This document shows positions 44,303-57,906 of a DNA stretch of 64,000 nt, in pieces. A program made the position numbers and the translations under genes. Below the pieces are notes generated by a model. The model searched no databases and was not told where the DNA came from. It saw only the letters and a list, made by a program, of their open reading frames with translations. The DNA is from Eledone cirrhosa. Lineage: Eukaryota. The stretch is taken from the NCBI GenBank assembly GCA_964016885.1, contig OZ024750.1, positions 45,260,001 through 45,324,000 on the forward strand, read 5' to 3'. Position 1 is the first letter of the stretch. Every line of letters begins with the position of its first letter.

Positions 44303-44692
44303 ATAAAAATGGCTTCTACAGGACTAGAACTGTTTCATTCGAGAGAAATCATCAGGAAGTCGCCTGTCCAAGTAATATGATGGTATTTATACCTTTTCTG
44401 GTGGTATGAGAGTGTCTGATTGGGATGGGTGGAGGTCATTGGTTGATGGGTTTAAAGATTAGGAAAATATTGTTTTTAAAGAATTCCCTATTCTTTAAAC
44501 CCATCAACCAATGACCTTCACCCATCCCAATCACCACCCTCGCCTACCACCAGAAAAGGTATAAATACCATCATATTACTTGGACAGGCGACTTCCTGAT
44601 GATTTCTCTCGAATGAAACAGTTCTAGTCCTGTAGAAGCCTTTTCTATATTAAATATTTATACTTACTGTGGTTATCCCGGATTGAACCTTG
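44303..44692. mobile_element. Family C fold-back with two intact opposed HHRs (44311-44361 minus; 44590-44640 plus)
   Basis: GACTTC-CTGATGA-TTTC(TCTC)GAAT-GAAA-CAG(TTCTAGTC)CTG-TA-GAAGCC; arms of about 160 bp. Confidence 0.85.
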
Positions 44693-44696
44693 GAGG

Positions 44697-44731
<35 letters not shown>

Positions 44732-44919
44732 TGTCTGTGTGTGTGTGTGAGAGGACGAGATAGAGAGAAAGAGAGTGTGTGTGTGAGGACGAGAGAGAGA
44801 GGGAGAGGGAGAGTGAGTGTGATGTGAGGACGAGAGGGTGAGAGAGAGAGTGTGTGTGTGAGGATGTGAGAGAGAGAGAGTGTTTGTGTGTGTGAGAGAG
44901 ATTGTGTGTGTGTGTGTGA

Positions 44920-45560
44920 GTACATGTATCAGTATAAACGTATGTATAGGTGTGTATGTGTGTGTGTGTGTGTACATGTTTCTGTATGATTGTATGTAGA
45001 GGTGTGCATGTGTGTGTGTGTGTGTGTGTGTACATGTTTATGTATGATTGTATGTAGAGGTGTGCATGTGTGTGTGTACATGTTTATGTATGATTGTATG
45101 TAGAGGTGTGCATGTGTGTGTGTACATGTTTATGTATGATTGTATGTAGAGGTGTGTGTGTGTGTGTGTGTGTGTGTACATGTTTATGTATGATTGTATG
45201 TAGAGGTGTGCATGTGTGTGTGTGTGTGTGTACATGTTTCTGTATGATTGTATATAGAGGTGTGCATGTGTGTGTGGGTGTGTGTGTGTGTACATGTTTC
45301 TGTATGGTTGTATGTAGAGGTGTGCATGTGTGTGTGAGTGTGTGTGTGTGTGTACCTGTTTATGTATGATTGTATGTAGAGGTGTGCAAGTGTGTGTGTG
45401 TGTGTGTACATGTTTCTGTATGATTGTATGTAGAGGTGTGCATGTGTGTGTGTTTGTGTGTGTGTGTACATGTTTCTGTATGATTGTATGTAGAGGTGTG
45501 CATGTGTGTGTGTGTGTGTGTGCGTGTACATGTTTCTGTATGATTGTATGTAGAGGTGTT

Positions 45561-45595
<35 letters not shown>

Positions 45596-46180
45596 ATGTT
45601 TATGTATGATTGTATGTAGAGGTGTGCATGTGTGTGTGTGTGTGTGTGTGTACATGTTTCTGTATGATTGTATGTAGACGTGTGTATATGTGTGTGTGTG
45701 TGTGTGTGTACATGTTTATGTATGGTTGTATGTAGAGGTGTGCAAGTGTGTGTGTGTGTTTGTGTGTGTACATGTTTATGTATGGTTGTATGTAGAGGTG
45801 TGCATGTGTGTGTGTGTGTGTGTGTGTGTACATGTTTATGTATGGTTGTATGTAGAGATGTGCATGTGTGTGTGTTTGTGTGTGTGTGTACATGTTTCTG
45901 TATGATTGTATGTAGAGGTGTGTATGTGTGTGTGTACATGTTTATGTATGGTTGTATGTAGAGGTGTGCATGTGTGTGTGTGTGTGTGTGTGTGTACATG
46001 TTTATGTATGGTTGTATGTAGAGGTGTGTATGTGTATGGAGAGGTGTGCATGTGTGTGTGCGTGTGTGTGTGTACATGTTTATGTATGAGTGTATGTAGA
46101 GGTGTGCATGTGTGTGTGTGTGTGTGTACATGTTTATGTATGGTTGTATGTAGAGGTGTGTATGTGTATGGAGAGGTGTG

Positions 46181-46225
<45 letters not shown>

Positions 46226-46771
46226 ATGTTTCTGTATGATTGTATGTAGAGGTGTGCATGTGTGTGTGTGTGTGTGTACATGTTTATGTATGATTGTATG
46301 TAGAGGTGTGCATGTGTGTGTGTGAGTGTGTGTGTACATGTTTCTGTTTGATTGTATGTAGACGTGTGTACATGTGTGTGTGTGTGTGTGTGTGTGTACA
46401 TGTATCTGTATGATTGTATGTAGAGGTGTGTATGTGTGTGTGTATGTGTGTGTACATGTTTCTGTATGATTGTATGTAGAGGTGTGCATGTGTGTGTGTG
46501 TGTGTACATGTTTATGTATGTTTGTATGTAGAGGTGTGCATGTGTGTGTGTGTGTGTGTGTACATGTATCTATATGATTGTATGTAGAGGTGTGTATGTG
46601 TGTGTGTGTGTGTGTGTACATGTTTATGTATAATTGTATGTAGAGGTGTGCATGTGTGTGTGTATGTGTGTGTGTGTGTACATGTTTCTGTATGATTGTA
46701 TGTAGAGGTGTGCATGTGTGTGCATGTGTGTGTGTGTGTGTACATGTTTCTGTATGATTGTATGTAGAGGT

Positions 46772-46811
<40 letters not shown>

Positions 46812-47007
46812 ATGTTTATGTATGATTGTATGTAGTGGTGTGCATGTGTGTGCGTGTGTGTAAATGTTTATGTATGATTGTATGTAGATGTGTGCATGTG
46901 TGTGTGTGTGTGTGTGTGTGTACATGTTTATGTATGATTGTATGTAGAGGTGTGTGTGTGTGTGTGTGTGTGTGTGTACATGTTTCTGTATAATTGTATG
47001 TAGAGGT

Positions 47008-47039
<32 letters not shown>

Positions 47040-47065
47040 ACATGTTTATGTATGATTGTATGTAG

Positions 47066-47107
<42 letters not shown>

Positions 47108-47150
47108 ATGTTTATGTATGATTGTATGTAGAATTGTGTGTGTGTGTGTG
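44920..47150. repeat. Minisatellite: constant core TACATGTTT(A/C)TGTATGATTGTATGTAGAGGTGTGCA plus variable (TG)n
   Basis: About 40 units read directly. Confidence 0.95.
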
Positions 47151-47302
47151 CATATCTAATGAATCCCAAACATTCTGTCAGGGTCCCTGGGTACAGAGGA
47201 ATATTGGAGGCTCTCAGAACAATCTCGAACAACTTAGGAAATGATTTTGGTAAACCATGATTAATTGATGTATCTGTGACAACAGACAGTGTCTAGCACA
47301 CA

Positions 47303-48345
47303 CTGCACCACCACCACCACTGCCATTACTATTAGCACCACCACCACCACCACCACCACCACCACCACTGCCATTATTATTACAACCACCACCACAACTG
47401 TCATTATTATTACAACCACCACCACCACTGCCATTATTATTAGCACCACCACCACCACCACTGCCATTACTATTAGCGCCACCACCACCACCACTGCCAT
47501 TATTATTACAACCACCACCACCACTGCCATTATTATTACCGCCACCACAACTATTATTATTAGCACCACCACCACCACCACTGCCATTATTATTAGCACC
47601 ACCACCACCACTACTGCCATTATTATTAGCACCACCACCACCACAACCACTACCACCACTACCATTATCACGATGACCACCACCACCACCACCACCACCA
47701 CCACAACCACCGCCACCACCAACACCACCACCACCACAACCACCACTACCATTATCAGCACCACCATCAGCACCACAACCACCACTACCATAATTATCAC
47801 CACCACCACTACCATTATTATCACCACGATGGTGATGGGTCTGTTGGTGGTGGTGATCGTGGTGGTGGTGGTGGTGGTGGTGTCAGTGGTGATGATGGTA
47901 GTGATGGTGGTGGTGGTGGTGATGGTGGTGACGGTGGTAGTGGTGATGGTGGCGTTGATGGTGGTGGTGGTGGTTGTGGGGCTGATGGTGTTGTTGGTTG
48001 TGGTATTAGTGGTAGCAGTGCTGGTGGTGGTGGTGGTGATGGTGGTAGTGATGATGGTGGTGGTGATGGTGGTGACTGTGCTAGCGGTGGTGGTGGTGAT
48101 GGCGGCGGTGGTAGTTGTGGTGGTGATGGTGATGGTGGAGATGGTGATGATGGTGGTGGTGATTGTATTTATGTTGGTGATGGTGTTGGTCTTGGTGATG
48201 GTGGTGGCGGTAGTTGTGGTGGTGGCGGTGGTTGTGGTGGTGGTGGTGATGTTGGTGGTGGTGGTGGTGGTTAGTGGTGATGATGGTGGTATTTGTGGTG
48301 GTGCTGATGGTGATGGTGGTGGTGGTGGTGGTGCTGATGAGGGCG
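47303..48345. repeat. (ACC)n-rich tract switching to (GGT)n-rich tract at about 47828
   Basis: Strand polarity flips at TCACCA-CGA-TGGTGA. Confidence 0.9.
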
Positions 48346-48545
48346 GCGGAGAGAGGTTTGTAATTTTGTAGAAGCAAAATCTATGCAATCCTGGCGACAG
48401 ATAGATCAAAGACAGATTAGAATGTATTCATCAACGTAGAAACACACGCATACATACATACATACACACACACGCGCACACATATATATATATATATGTG
48501 TATATAGATATATATAAGTATATATATATATATATATATATATAT

Positions 48546-48997
48546 AACGAAGGAAATGTGGTAAGGAACCAGGTGGACCATAACGCACCAAAGTACTCAA
48601 TACTTAGGGTAGTAGAGTGAGTAATAGTACCTTTTACAGTTTTACCTTTCATTGTTCTACTTACCGTTTCGACCTCCCCCCCTCACCCTCCCCAGTATCT
48701 TCTTTGACCTCACACCCAGCTGTAGCTGGCACTACCAACGCATGAATGGGTCTACTCCACCCCCTCTCCCCTTTTCTCCTACTGGCAGGTTTAGCTACCC
48801 CTTGCTCCATCAACTTGCAATCACAGATTTACTACTAACTTGTGATGTGACCAATCCTGGCGATTATCTCTCTGACCATATATGGAAATACCCCTTGATA
48901 AGTTCGGCTATTTAAATACCAGAATTAATTTTTCATTCATACAGAATTAGCCGTCGAAACGGCTTGAGCTCAGCCGTCGGGGTCTTACTGGTTCCTA
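48546..48997 (+). mobile_element. Family D PLE 3' end (48628-48997) preceded by inverted tail (48546-48627)
   Basis: 48650-48997 aligns to 60950-61279. Confidence 0.9.
48890..48983 (+). ncRNA. Family D hammerhead with U3-A8 core (predicted GUC cut after 48978)
   Basis: ACCCC-TTGATAA-GTTCGGCTA...TAGCCGTC-GAAA-CGGCT(TGAGCTC)AGCCG-TC-GGGGT. Confidence 0.75.
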
Positions 48998-49015
48998 TAT
49001 ATATATGTATATATA

Positions 49016-52000
49016 TTTAAAGGTTAAACAAGGTTCAATGAATAAATCAAAGAATAAGTTTCACAATAGATTGGAAGCACTCAACAGTTATGGTTTCCGG
49101 AGTTATTAATATTAATTAAAAATATTAACAAAAATAGACAATTCTTGTGATCAAGTATATTTTATTATACATATTTCAGAGGTACTGAGCTAACTTCAAC
49201 AGTACGTCCTCATCAGATACAATAAGATCATGCATGACATACCCTGACATAGTAGATGGTTAAGATTCAGTCATGGTAGTGAGTAAGTTATGAAAAAACT
49301 CAATATTTATATACCTTAAGATTGAGACATGAAAAAACTTACATATAATACATATAATACAGAGGGTGCGTGTGAGCAATGAAAAATGCAATAGTCAATA
49401 GTGTACAGAAGCGCATAACTAGATTATCCGCTAATAAATCCATATTTGATGAAAAAACATGATATTATAATGATGCGCTACGAAAGGCAGGTTATAAAAA
49501 TAATATAGAATATATAGTTAATAATAATTTGAATTATAATCCTGTTAAAAATAAGACTAACATATATAAACGAGATTCTAAAAATTATAATACAAACACC
49601 AGTACCGTGAATAAATCGGGGAAAAAAATCAGAACTAAATCAGTTATATGGTTTGCCCCAAGCTTATGTAGCAATAAAAACACCACTCGCAAATCTATTC
49701 TTTAAAGCTTTATATTAATCCTTCCCTATTCAACATAAATGCCGTTCCATATTAAACAGACACACAATTAAGCTTTCTTATTCTACAACTATGAATATGG
49801 CCCAGAATATCGCTAAAATAAATAGTAGAATTCTAAATCATAATCAACATACATTTAACGATAATGAATATAATAACACTAGCAATATTAACAATAACAT
49901 TAATATAAGCACAATTAATAGAACATTTCGGAGTACTAATAATGTTAATGTAAATAGTACAAGTTATAGTAATAACAATAAATCAAAATGTAATTGATAA
50001 AATAGACCAGATTGCCCTCTGCAAAATAATTGTCTGGATAGCAATATGGTCTATAAATGCACCATAAAAGCAAATAACACCACATACAACTATATTGATG
50101 CAACTTCTTCCACATTTGAATCAAGATTTGCGAATCACAAATGCTCTTTTTCGAATCCTAATGGGAAATCTTCGACTTCTTTATCACAACTTATATGGTC
50201 ATTAAAAGACAAAAATTTAGAATACTCGATTTCTTGGACGAAGTTGTCTAATAGTAGAATTTACTTGAATTCTTCAATATCACCTAACTGCAACCTCTGT
50301 ACCATGGAGACCCTATTAATAATTAACAAAAAAAGTGAATTATTCTCAAACTGCTTTCATAAAGCTTTGTCTACATTCCAAGCCTCGCAAAAAGTCAGGA
50401 AAAAAAACCCACTAAATAAACAGGTTCTAATTTTTGACGTCTTTTATCAACTAAAACGTTATAACAGATTATAAAACTTTAATAATTTTTTATTTTTTAT
50501 TCAATTATGATACGATTAATATTAGATTAAAGGGTCCTGTTTAGGTATATAAACATATAATTTGTTAACATGATCTCTTGATGAATGTGCATATCATTTG
50601 ATTGTTTAGATATATTTAATTTAGATTGGGATTCTTGTATATTTTTTAAATATATGGCTTAGATGCATAACAGTTATAATGAACTGTAAATCATTCATGC
50701 ATTTAACTTTTTGTATATTCATTCATTTGGAGTATGTTTTACGATTCAGGAAGTTTGATTTATATATTTTTATTTATATATATTTATGGTATATGCGTCA
50801 CACACGATACTGCTCGACAAACCTTTTTTTTTTCCACTTAACTTGATGTAAAACTTCAATTGTAACATTACTAACAATGATTGTACTTATTATTTATTAT
50901 ATGTATATCGATCACTAATATCTGGAATACTCTCTATATATATATATTTGAACAAATATGTATATCTAGTATAATAACATGCTTCTAGTTACATTTATAA
51001 GTACTTCGGATACTTAAATGATTTGCTAGTGTTATACTCGTTAAATATTGTCTAAATATTTTCTAAATTTTCTAAGTTATATAACGATTATTATTTAATT
51101 TAATTTAATTTAATTAAATGATTTGCTAGTGTTATAATCGTTAAATATTGTCTAAATATTTTCTAAATTTTCTAAATTATATAACGATTATTATTTAATT
51201 TAATTTAATTAAATTCGGGTTACCTTCGGGTCAATGAAATCCTTCGGTTCTCCCTTTCTCATGTTTGCAGACACTTTAGATATGATATTATACTACTATA
51301 TAAATCTTTAAAAAAAGATTTCTTGTATTTTTAAACTATATAGCTTGGATATTGGGTACTTTTAAGATCGCAAACAATTAACTTTTTTACTTTGAATCGG
51401 GTTCTTATCCTTACGATTCATGAAGTTTGACTTGTATATTTATAGTATATATGTATTACATGATACTATTATAATAATTGATCTAAAACCTTAATTTTTA
51501 ACAATATTATCAGTAACTTATTTATTGTATTGTATTATGATAGATATCATCTTAATCTTTAGACAATATAATCTTTGTTTATATTTAGAAAAATGCATAT
51601 ATCTAATATAAAATAAACTTTCTTTTAAGTTTAATTATAAGGCCTTTAGATGCTTTAAGGCATTCTAATTGTTAATCTTAATTTTTAAAATTATAACTGT
51701 AATTATTTTATAAATAATATAATGTGAATTATATTCAATATAATATAAATAATTAAATATAATTTCTGTATAGATATAATTCATCCCTCCCTATGTTTTA
51801 CACTATAAACATTATTGCTCTTTGTCTCTCTTTCCTTGATCAATTCTCTTTTGCTCTCTATACTTCTACTAGCTATATTATCCCCTCATCTGTTTTCTCT
51901 CTGTCTTTCTTTTTTCTTTCCTCTTTCTTCAATAATTTAAATTATTTAAATCAGATTATGTAAATTGCTGTTATGTATATTTAAGCTTTCTCACACGCAC

Positions 52001-52250
52001 CCGCTATATTATATGTTTTACATGTAAGTGTTTTCATGTCTCAATCTTAAGGTATATAAATATTGAGTTTTGTCATATCTTACTCATTACCATGACTGAA
52101 TCTTAACCATCTACTATGTCAGGGTATGTCATGCATCATCTTATTTTATCTGATGAGGACGTACTGTTGAAGTTAGCTCAGTACCTCTGAAATATGTATA
52201 ATAAAATATATTTGAACACAAGAATTGTCTATTTTTGTTAATATTTTGAA

Positions 52251-52253
<3 letters not shown>
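49016..52253 (+). mobile_element. 5'-truncated Hydra-type PLE (family A) bracketed by inverted pseudo-LTRs
   Basis: 49110-49375 is the reverse complement of 51985-52250; HHRs at 49158-49224 (minus) and 52142-52208 (plus); (TA)n on both sides. Confidence 0.9.
49400..50474 (+). pseudogene. Decayed Hydra-type thumb/linker/GIY-YIG ORF
   Basis: RLSANKSIFDE..ALRKAGY..VIWFAP..IKLSYSTT..KCN**NRPDCPLQNNC..VYKC..WSLKD..CNLCTME; contains stops and frameshifts. Confidence 0.85.
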
Positions 52254-52325
<72 letters not shown>

Positions 52326-52350
52326 CGAGAGATAGAGAGAGAGAGAGAGT

Positions 52351-52382
<32 letters not shown>

Positions 52383-52527
52383 AAGAAAGATAGATAGATA
52401 TGTGTATGTGTGTGTGTGCGTGTATCTCGCGATCAATCGGGAGGTAACTACTGTAAGTAACGTACTCAATACATCAGTAATCTACGAATGAAACAGTTCT
52501 AGTCCTGTAGAATCTATTTCTATATCT

Positions 52528-52616
<89 letters not shown>

Positions 52617-52852
52617 ATATATACATGTGTATTTACTATTACAGCTCTCATTCTGTCTGCCGGGGTCTGTGGCGAGGCCAGCTCGAGGGACCCCATTTGC
52701 TGCCCATACGGATAGATGGGGAGGGCTGAGTGATGGAGGCGATGACAGTCGGATTTCGTCTGTTCTTTCATGTTTGCTTTGTTACAATTGTATTGTGATA
52801 GAACCTGGAATTGTCACCTTATTTCTTCTCTCATTGTCAAGTAATTCTTTAT

Positions 52853-53030
52853 CATCTATATATATAAAACAGTGAATGTCTGTCTGTCTGACTCCCTAAA
52901 TCTCGAGAACAACCCATCCGATTGTTTTTAAACTTTACAAATGTGTTTTGAGCAAAAAGTATTTCAAATTTCCTATGGACTAGGAACCGCATTTGGTGAT
53001 TTAGTGATCTCTCTCTATAATTATTTGTCT
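52853..53030 (+). mobile_element. Helitron-like 5' end fragment
   Basis: TCTATATATATAAAACAGTGAATGTCTGTCTGTCTG..ATCTCGAGAAC..CCGATT resembles the 4255 start. Confidence 0.45.
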
Positions 53031-53644
53031 GACTTTTTAGATAGATACATAGATATAACGTTGCGCCCTTATAATATATGCCTGTATGTCTGATGTCTGG
53101 ATTACGACATTATGACGCTATATATGTGTGTATGCGTGTATTTATGTATATATAGTGTGTGTGTAAATCAGCAGGAGGGCTCAAAAGACATGCACAAGTA
53201 CATGAACTCCAACCACAGCCGGCTATGTGAATGTTTTGGTTGCCGACTCTGTGCAAGGCATTTACATAATTGGCTGGGCTAAAAAGCCGCATTCGATCGC
53301 AGCCCTGTTAATTGCTATCGTGTGTGTGTGTGTATAGATAGGTTTGTGTGTGTGCGTGTGTGTGTATATATATATGTATATTATTATTGTTGTTGTTGAC
53401 GTTATTATTATTGTTGTTATTATTATTATTATTATTAAAGTACCAGTAATGCACTGGGTAATTGCTGTCCTTGTGCCTAAAGTAGAAACAAATAATATTA
53501 TTATTATTGTTTATTGTTGTTAATATGTTTTTTTCTCGTGCAGTGGCCATACTCGATAACGAGGGGGCAGCCATCATAGTGTGTGTATATATATATATAT
53601 ATATATAGTGTGTGTAACGTTTTTCGAAATATTTACTTCTGCTT

Positions 53645-53724
53645 TAACAGATTGATTTTCTTAATTTCAGAAGATCCCGTTAAGGGTGAAAGCAGCGATT
53701 CTTTGCTTAAACTTTAACCTGTTA
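53645..53724 (+). ncRNA. Family E hammerhead-like motif with CAGAAGA core
   Basis: TTT-CAGAAGA-TCCC(GTTAA)GGGT-GAAA-GCA..TGC-TT-AAA, with distal TAACAG/CTGTTA helix. Confidence 0.5.
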
Positions 53725-53729
53725 TTTTA

Positions 53730-53764
<35 letters not shown>

Positions 53765-53765
53765 C

Positions 53766-53798
<33 letters not shown>

Positions 53799-53809
53799 CA
53801 TATATATAC

Positions 53810-53931
<122 letters not shown>

Positions 53932-55426
53932 ATATATATATATACAGAGTGATAGAGAGCGGGGGGGGGGTACGAATTATTTCACCGTCGAAATATTTTA
54001 ATCACATGATCTCTTACATTGACTTTAAATAATTCGCTTAGTAGTATCGTTTATTATGAACGCACGTCTGTGATTTGTTCTGATATACCATATCATTACT
54101 ATGACATTATTGTGTATGTCATTAAATACTTACCTTAAATCATTCACAATGTCTCTCTTTATTTGTCTACGTTGTACTTGTCTCAAGTACAACGTAGACT
54201 GTCTCAAATCATGAGCCTTCTTCCATCACGACTGACCATGGATTTGCCCCTACAACATCCGCATCTCTAAGGCAGTAGCCCAAAAAGGTTGTTTTGCTGA
54301 GAAAGACACAGGTCGATATATCTTGGCTCCAATGTTCAGACAACTCAATTCTTTCCAGCAGAAAGGACTGCAGCAATATGAAATCTATTGTCTTGCTAAA
54401 GGTCAAAACAAACTGACCAGACAATTGAATTGTGTGCACATTAGAGCTAAGATGTACCGATCTATTGTGTTCGCTGTTGTCCAAGGAAAAGCCACAGGGC
54501 GTTAGAATATGGCTATAATTTTCAAATAACTCAATATCTTTTCATAGAAAGGGCTGCAGCAATGTGAAATAAAATGTCTTGCTAAAGGTCAGAACAAACC
54601 GACCATTCAGGGAATTAAACTCATATCCTTCCGATTGTTATTCCAATACATCAGATCTTCCGTGAAATCACATAAAAACAAATTTAGTTGTTGATGGCTG
54701 TGAAGCAAGATATAGCAGGTTAGAAGTTGATCATATTTCTATCTTCATTTATTTATGATAGAGTCATATAGAGTGGTATTCGCACATGTTAATTGTTAAA
54801 GGCTGCCCATCTAATCCTCCTTTACTTTGAATAATTTTGCAGGTTTTATACTGGCTTATTTTGCAAATATATGTCAGGATGTTAGAGAGTTCAGTGATGG
54901 ACCAGCCGACATTAGAAACTGGAATAGAAATATTTATGGAACTAAGATAGGATGGTTACTGTTTAAATATGATGTCTTCTACAGATGATCCTCGTGGCAG
55001 AGTGGTGTAAACAATAGAAATGAGCACCGGAATGTCCCGGCTTCATACCTCGTTAGAGGAGAAAAACAGGAGAAGAAGGACACCTAGGAATCATGATCTG
55101 GGTGGGCCCCAGCACCATTTAAGTGCCAGGGGGATGCTATCAGAATTAGAGCTAATCTCATAAAAATAAATATAGTTGTTGACGGTTCTCGAAGCAACAC
55201 TTAATAGGTTAGAAGTTGATCATATTCCTATCTTGTCTTATTTACGATAGAGATTTAGATTTATAGGTGAGAAATAAAATTCCTCGCTGCAGATTAAGGC
55301 TTTGACGTTTCAGTGTCCGTAAATGTTTGTATAATAAGCGTAAATATAATGCCTGAGGAAACGAGAATACGCAGATGCTGCACGTAGTGACGCAGAAGTC
55401 AGCAGCCGAGTATATGTATTATATAT

Positions 55427-55612
55427 AGGAACAAGTAAGACCCCGACGGCTGAGCTCAAGCCGTTTCGACGGCTAATTCTCAGAATTAGCCGTCGAAACG
55501 GCTTGAGCTCAGCCGTCGGGGTCTTACTGGTTCCTATTACCCACTCTACTACCCCAAGTATTGAGCACTTTGGTGCGTTATGGTGCACCTGGTTCCTTAC
55601 CACATTTCCTGT
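55427..55612. mobile_element. Family D fold-back module
   Basis: Near-perfect hairpin centred at about 55480, plus tail. Confidence 0.9.
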
Positions 55613-55626
55613 ATTATATATATCTA

Positions 55627-55713
<87 letters not shown>

Positions 55714-56062
55714 ATATATATAGATGGATATATATATATATATGTATAGCTATGTAATAAACAACATAAGGCAATTATTTCATTTACCAGTGGTTTCTTA
55801 AAAGCAAAAAAATGTTGCTTTCAATCATCAGAATGAAAAAAATCCTGGTGTATTTATTGGCGTTGGATTTTAAAAACAAAAATATAATCTATATGAAAGT
55901 GAGGCTGGAAAAGGAGGAAGGAAAGGAAACATAAAAACACACATGCAAACACACACACACACACACAATTATATACATACACACATATATATATATATAG
56001 ACATACACACAATATATGTATATATATATTCATCTATATATCCATCTCTCTATATATATATA

Positions 56063-56151
<89 letters not shown>

Positions 56152-56167
56152 GACTATATATATATGA

Positions 56168-56213
<46 letters not shown>

Positions 56214-56443
56214 TGAATATTTTCGAAACAGCGAGTGGGTTTGAAATTATTAGAAATGTAAGCTATCGCCGTATTTTGACTAAAGAAACTAAAGAAATCG
56301 TTTAGCCTGATAGTGGGGTTAATGACCCTCGGAGAAATGGAAAAAGATGAGTATTGACGTACATGTAGGTCAATACTCATCCTAACCGCTCCATCAGGCT
56401 AAATAAATTCTTTAATTTCTTTAGTCAAAATACGGCGATAGCT

Positions 56444-56518
<75 letters not shown>

Positions 56519-56522
56519 ATAT

Positions 56523-56709
56523 AACGAAGGAATTGTGGTAAGGAACCAGATGGACCCTAACGCACCAGAGTACTCAATACATAGGGTAGTACAGTGGGAA
56601 ATAGGAAAAAGTATTACCCCGATGGCAGACCTCAAGCCGTTTCGACGGCTATTTCTAAACTAGAAATAGCCGTCGAAACGGCTTGAGATCTGCCGTTTGG
56701 GTCATACTT

Positions 56710-56744
<35 letters not shown>

Positions 56745-56781
56745 AAAAAGTAGGACCCCAACGGCAGAGCTCAAGCCGTTT
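56523..56781. mobile_element. Family D subfamily fold-back (56523-56715) and stub (56742-56781)
   Basis: Homologous to 61220-61358; helix III loop reads AGATCT. Confidence 0.8.
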
Positions 56782-56786
56782 GTCCA

Positions 56787-56836
<50 letters not shown>

Positions 56837-57624
56837 TTGTATGTGTAACATTAAGTTGGCGTGTCTGAACAAAATATATGCTTTTGGTTGATGGCTGATT
56901 AACGATAAATGCCTCCAGGTAGCAACAAATTGTGTGCCTTAGGAAAGTATATGCCATACTATCATGTTTTTAAAAGTTAATGCATTCTGCTATATAAGCA
57001 GATCCTTGTTAAAATCAACAACACATTCTTTACATACCATATACATTATACCATATATACACTTCCTACGAAAAATATTCAAATAATTAAATATGTAGAT
57101 GTATTATATATATGGTTAAGATGCTAATAATGCATTTATACACTCGAAAACAAGAAAGGGAATCTTGCCTGAAACGCCTACAGGAATCGAAGCATGCTTT
57201 TGTTGTTTTCTGAGCAACCGCGTAAAACATTAAAACACGATGACTAAGACATAATTGCTTTAATTCTGCAGTTTACTCTTATCTAAGATGTCCCAAAACG
57301 CTTGAGTTTCTTATAACCTCAGACAACCGAAGTCAAACTTGGGGGTCTTCTTGTGACGGAGACATTTAGAACTGACTATGGGAAAATATGAGTTAGTGGC
57401 GCATTAAGATCCGTAGCTCCAGACAAACAAGATTCGTGAGCTTTAGGTGACAGTCTGCCGGCAAAATGCGCAGAAAATACGAAGGGCAAATGATAGTAAA
57501 TGAAGCAAAGTAAAGTAATGTTTTACCCTGTGTATTATGTCATGATATTTCAGGGCTAATACCGCCTTTTCTCTTTTTAACATGCAACACTGAAACAGTC
57601 AAAACTAAAACAAGCGAACAATTT

Positions 57625-57850
57625 GAGCTTTCTTCTGTAACTGGCTCTATGTATTCTTAGTTTAAAGTTGAGTTGAGACAGGGATCCAGTCGTGCCTGGA
57701 TGTTCAGCCTCAAATTTTATGTGTGCGTGAATGATGTAGATCTTGACTGCTTCTCCACGTGATGAAGTGAGGATAAGTATGTCATCCACGTACCTGGAGA
57801 AGAAGGAGCAAGAGTGAGTGCTGTATGCTTCAACTGGTCAATGAAAGATT
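57625..57850 (-). pseudogene. Old Penelope-type RT remnant, head-to-head with the Hydra-type element
   Basis: Minus: FIDQL..TAL / SFFSRYVDDILIL..IKFEAE..SL..LNF..I..YR.K. Confidence 0.65.
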
Positions 57851-57906
57851 AGATACCACGCCGTATCCAGACTTTTCCGCTAAGCTCAATTCATTTCACC
57901 CGCACC

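Noticed and set aside
44920-47150. Repeat-spacer pattern resembling a CRISPR array
   Set aside because: The spacers are only variable-length (TG)n; the context is eukaryotic and no cas genes are present.
47261-48409. Mucin-like Thr-rich / Val-rich ORFs on both strands
   Set aside because: They are the product of an inverted trinucleotide repeat, with no non-repetitive coding context.
49986-50000. TGA at the second Cys of the CxC motif, suggesting selenocysteine as in some Naiad PLEs
   Set aside because: It is immediately followed by TAA, the copy has other lesions, the two sister ORFs have TGC, and no SECIS was identified.
52640-52760. GC-rich hairpin GGGGTC..GACCCC as an HDV-like ribozyme
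   Set aside because: No P2 partner and no catalytic C could be placed on either strand.
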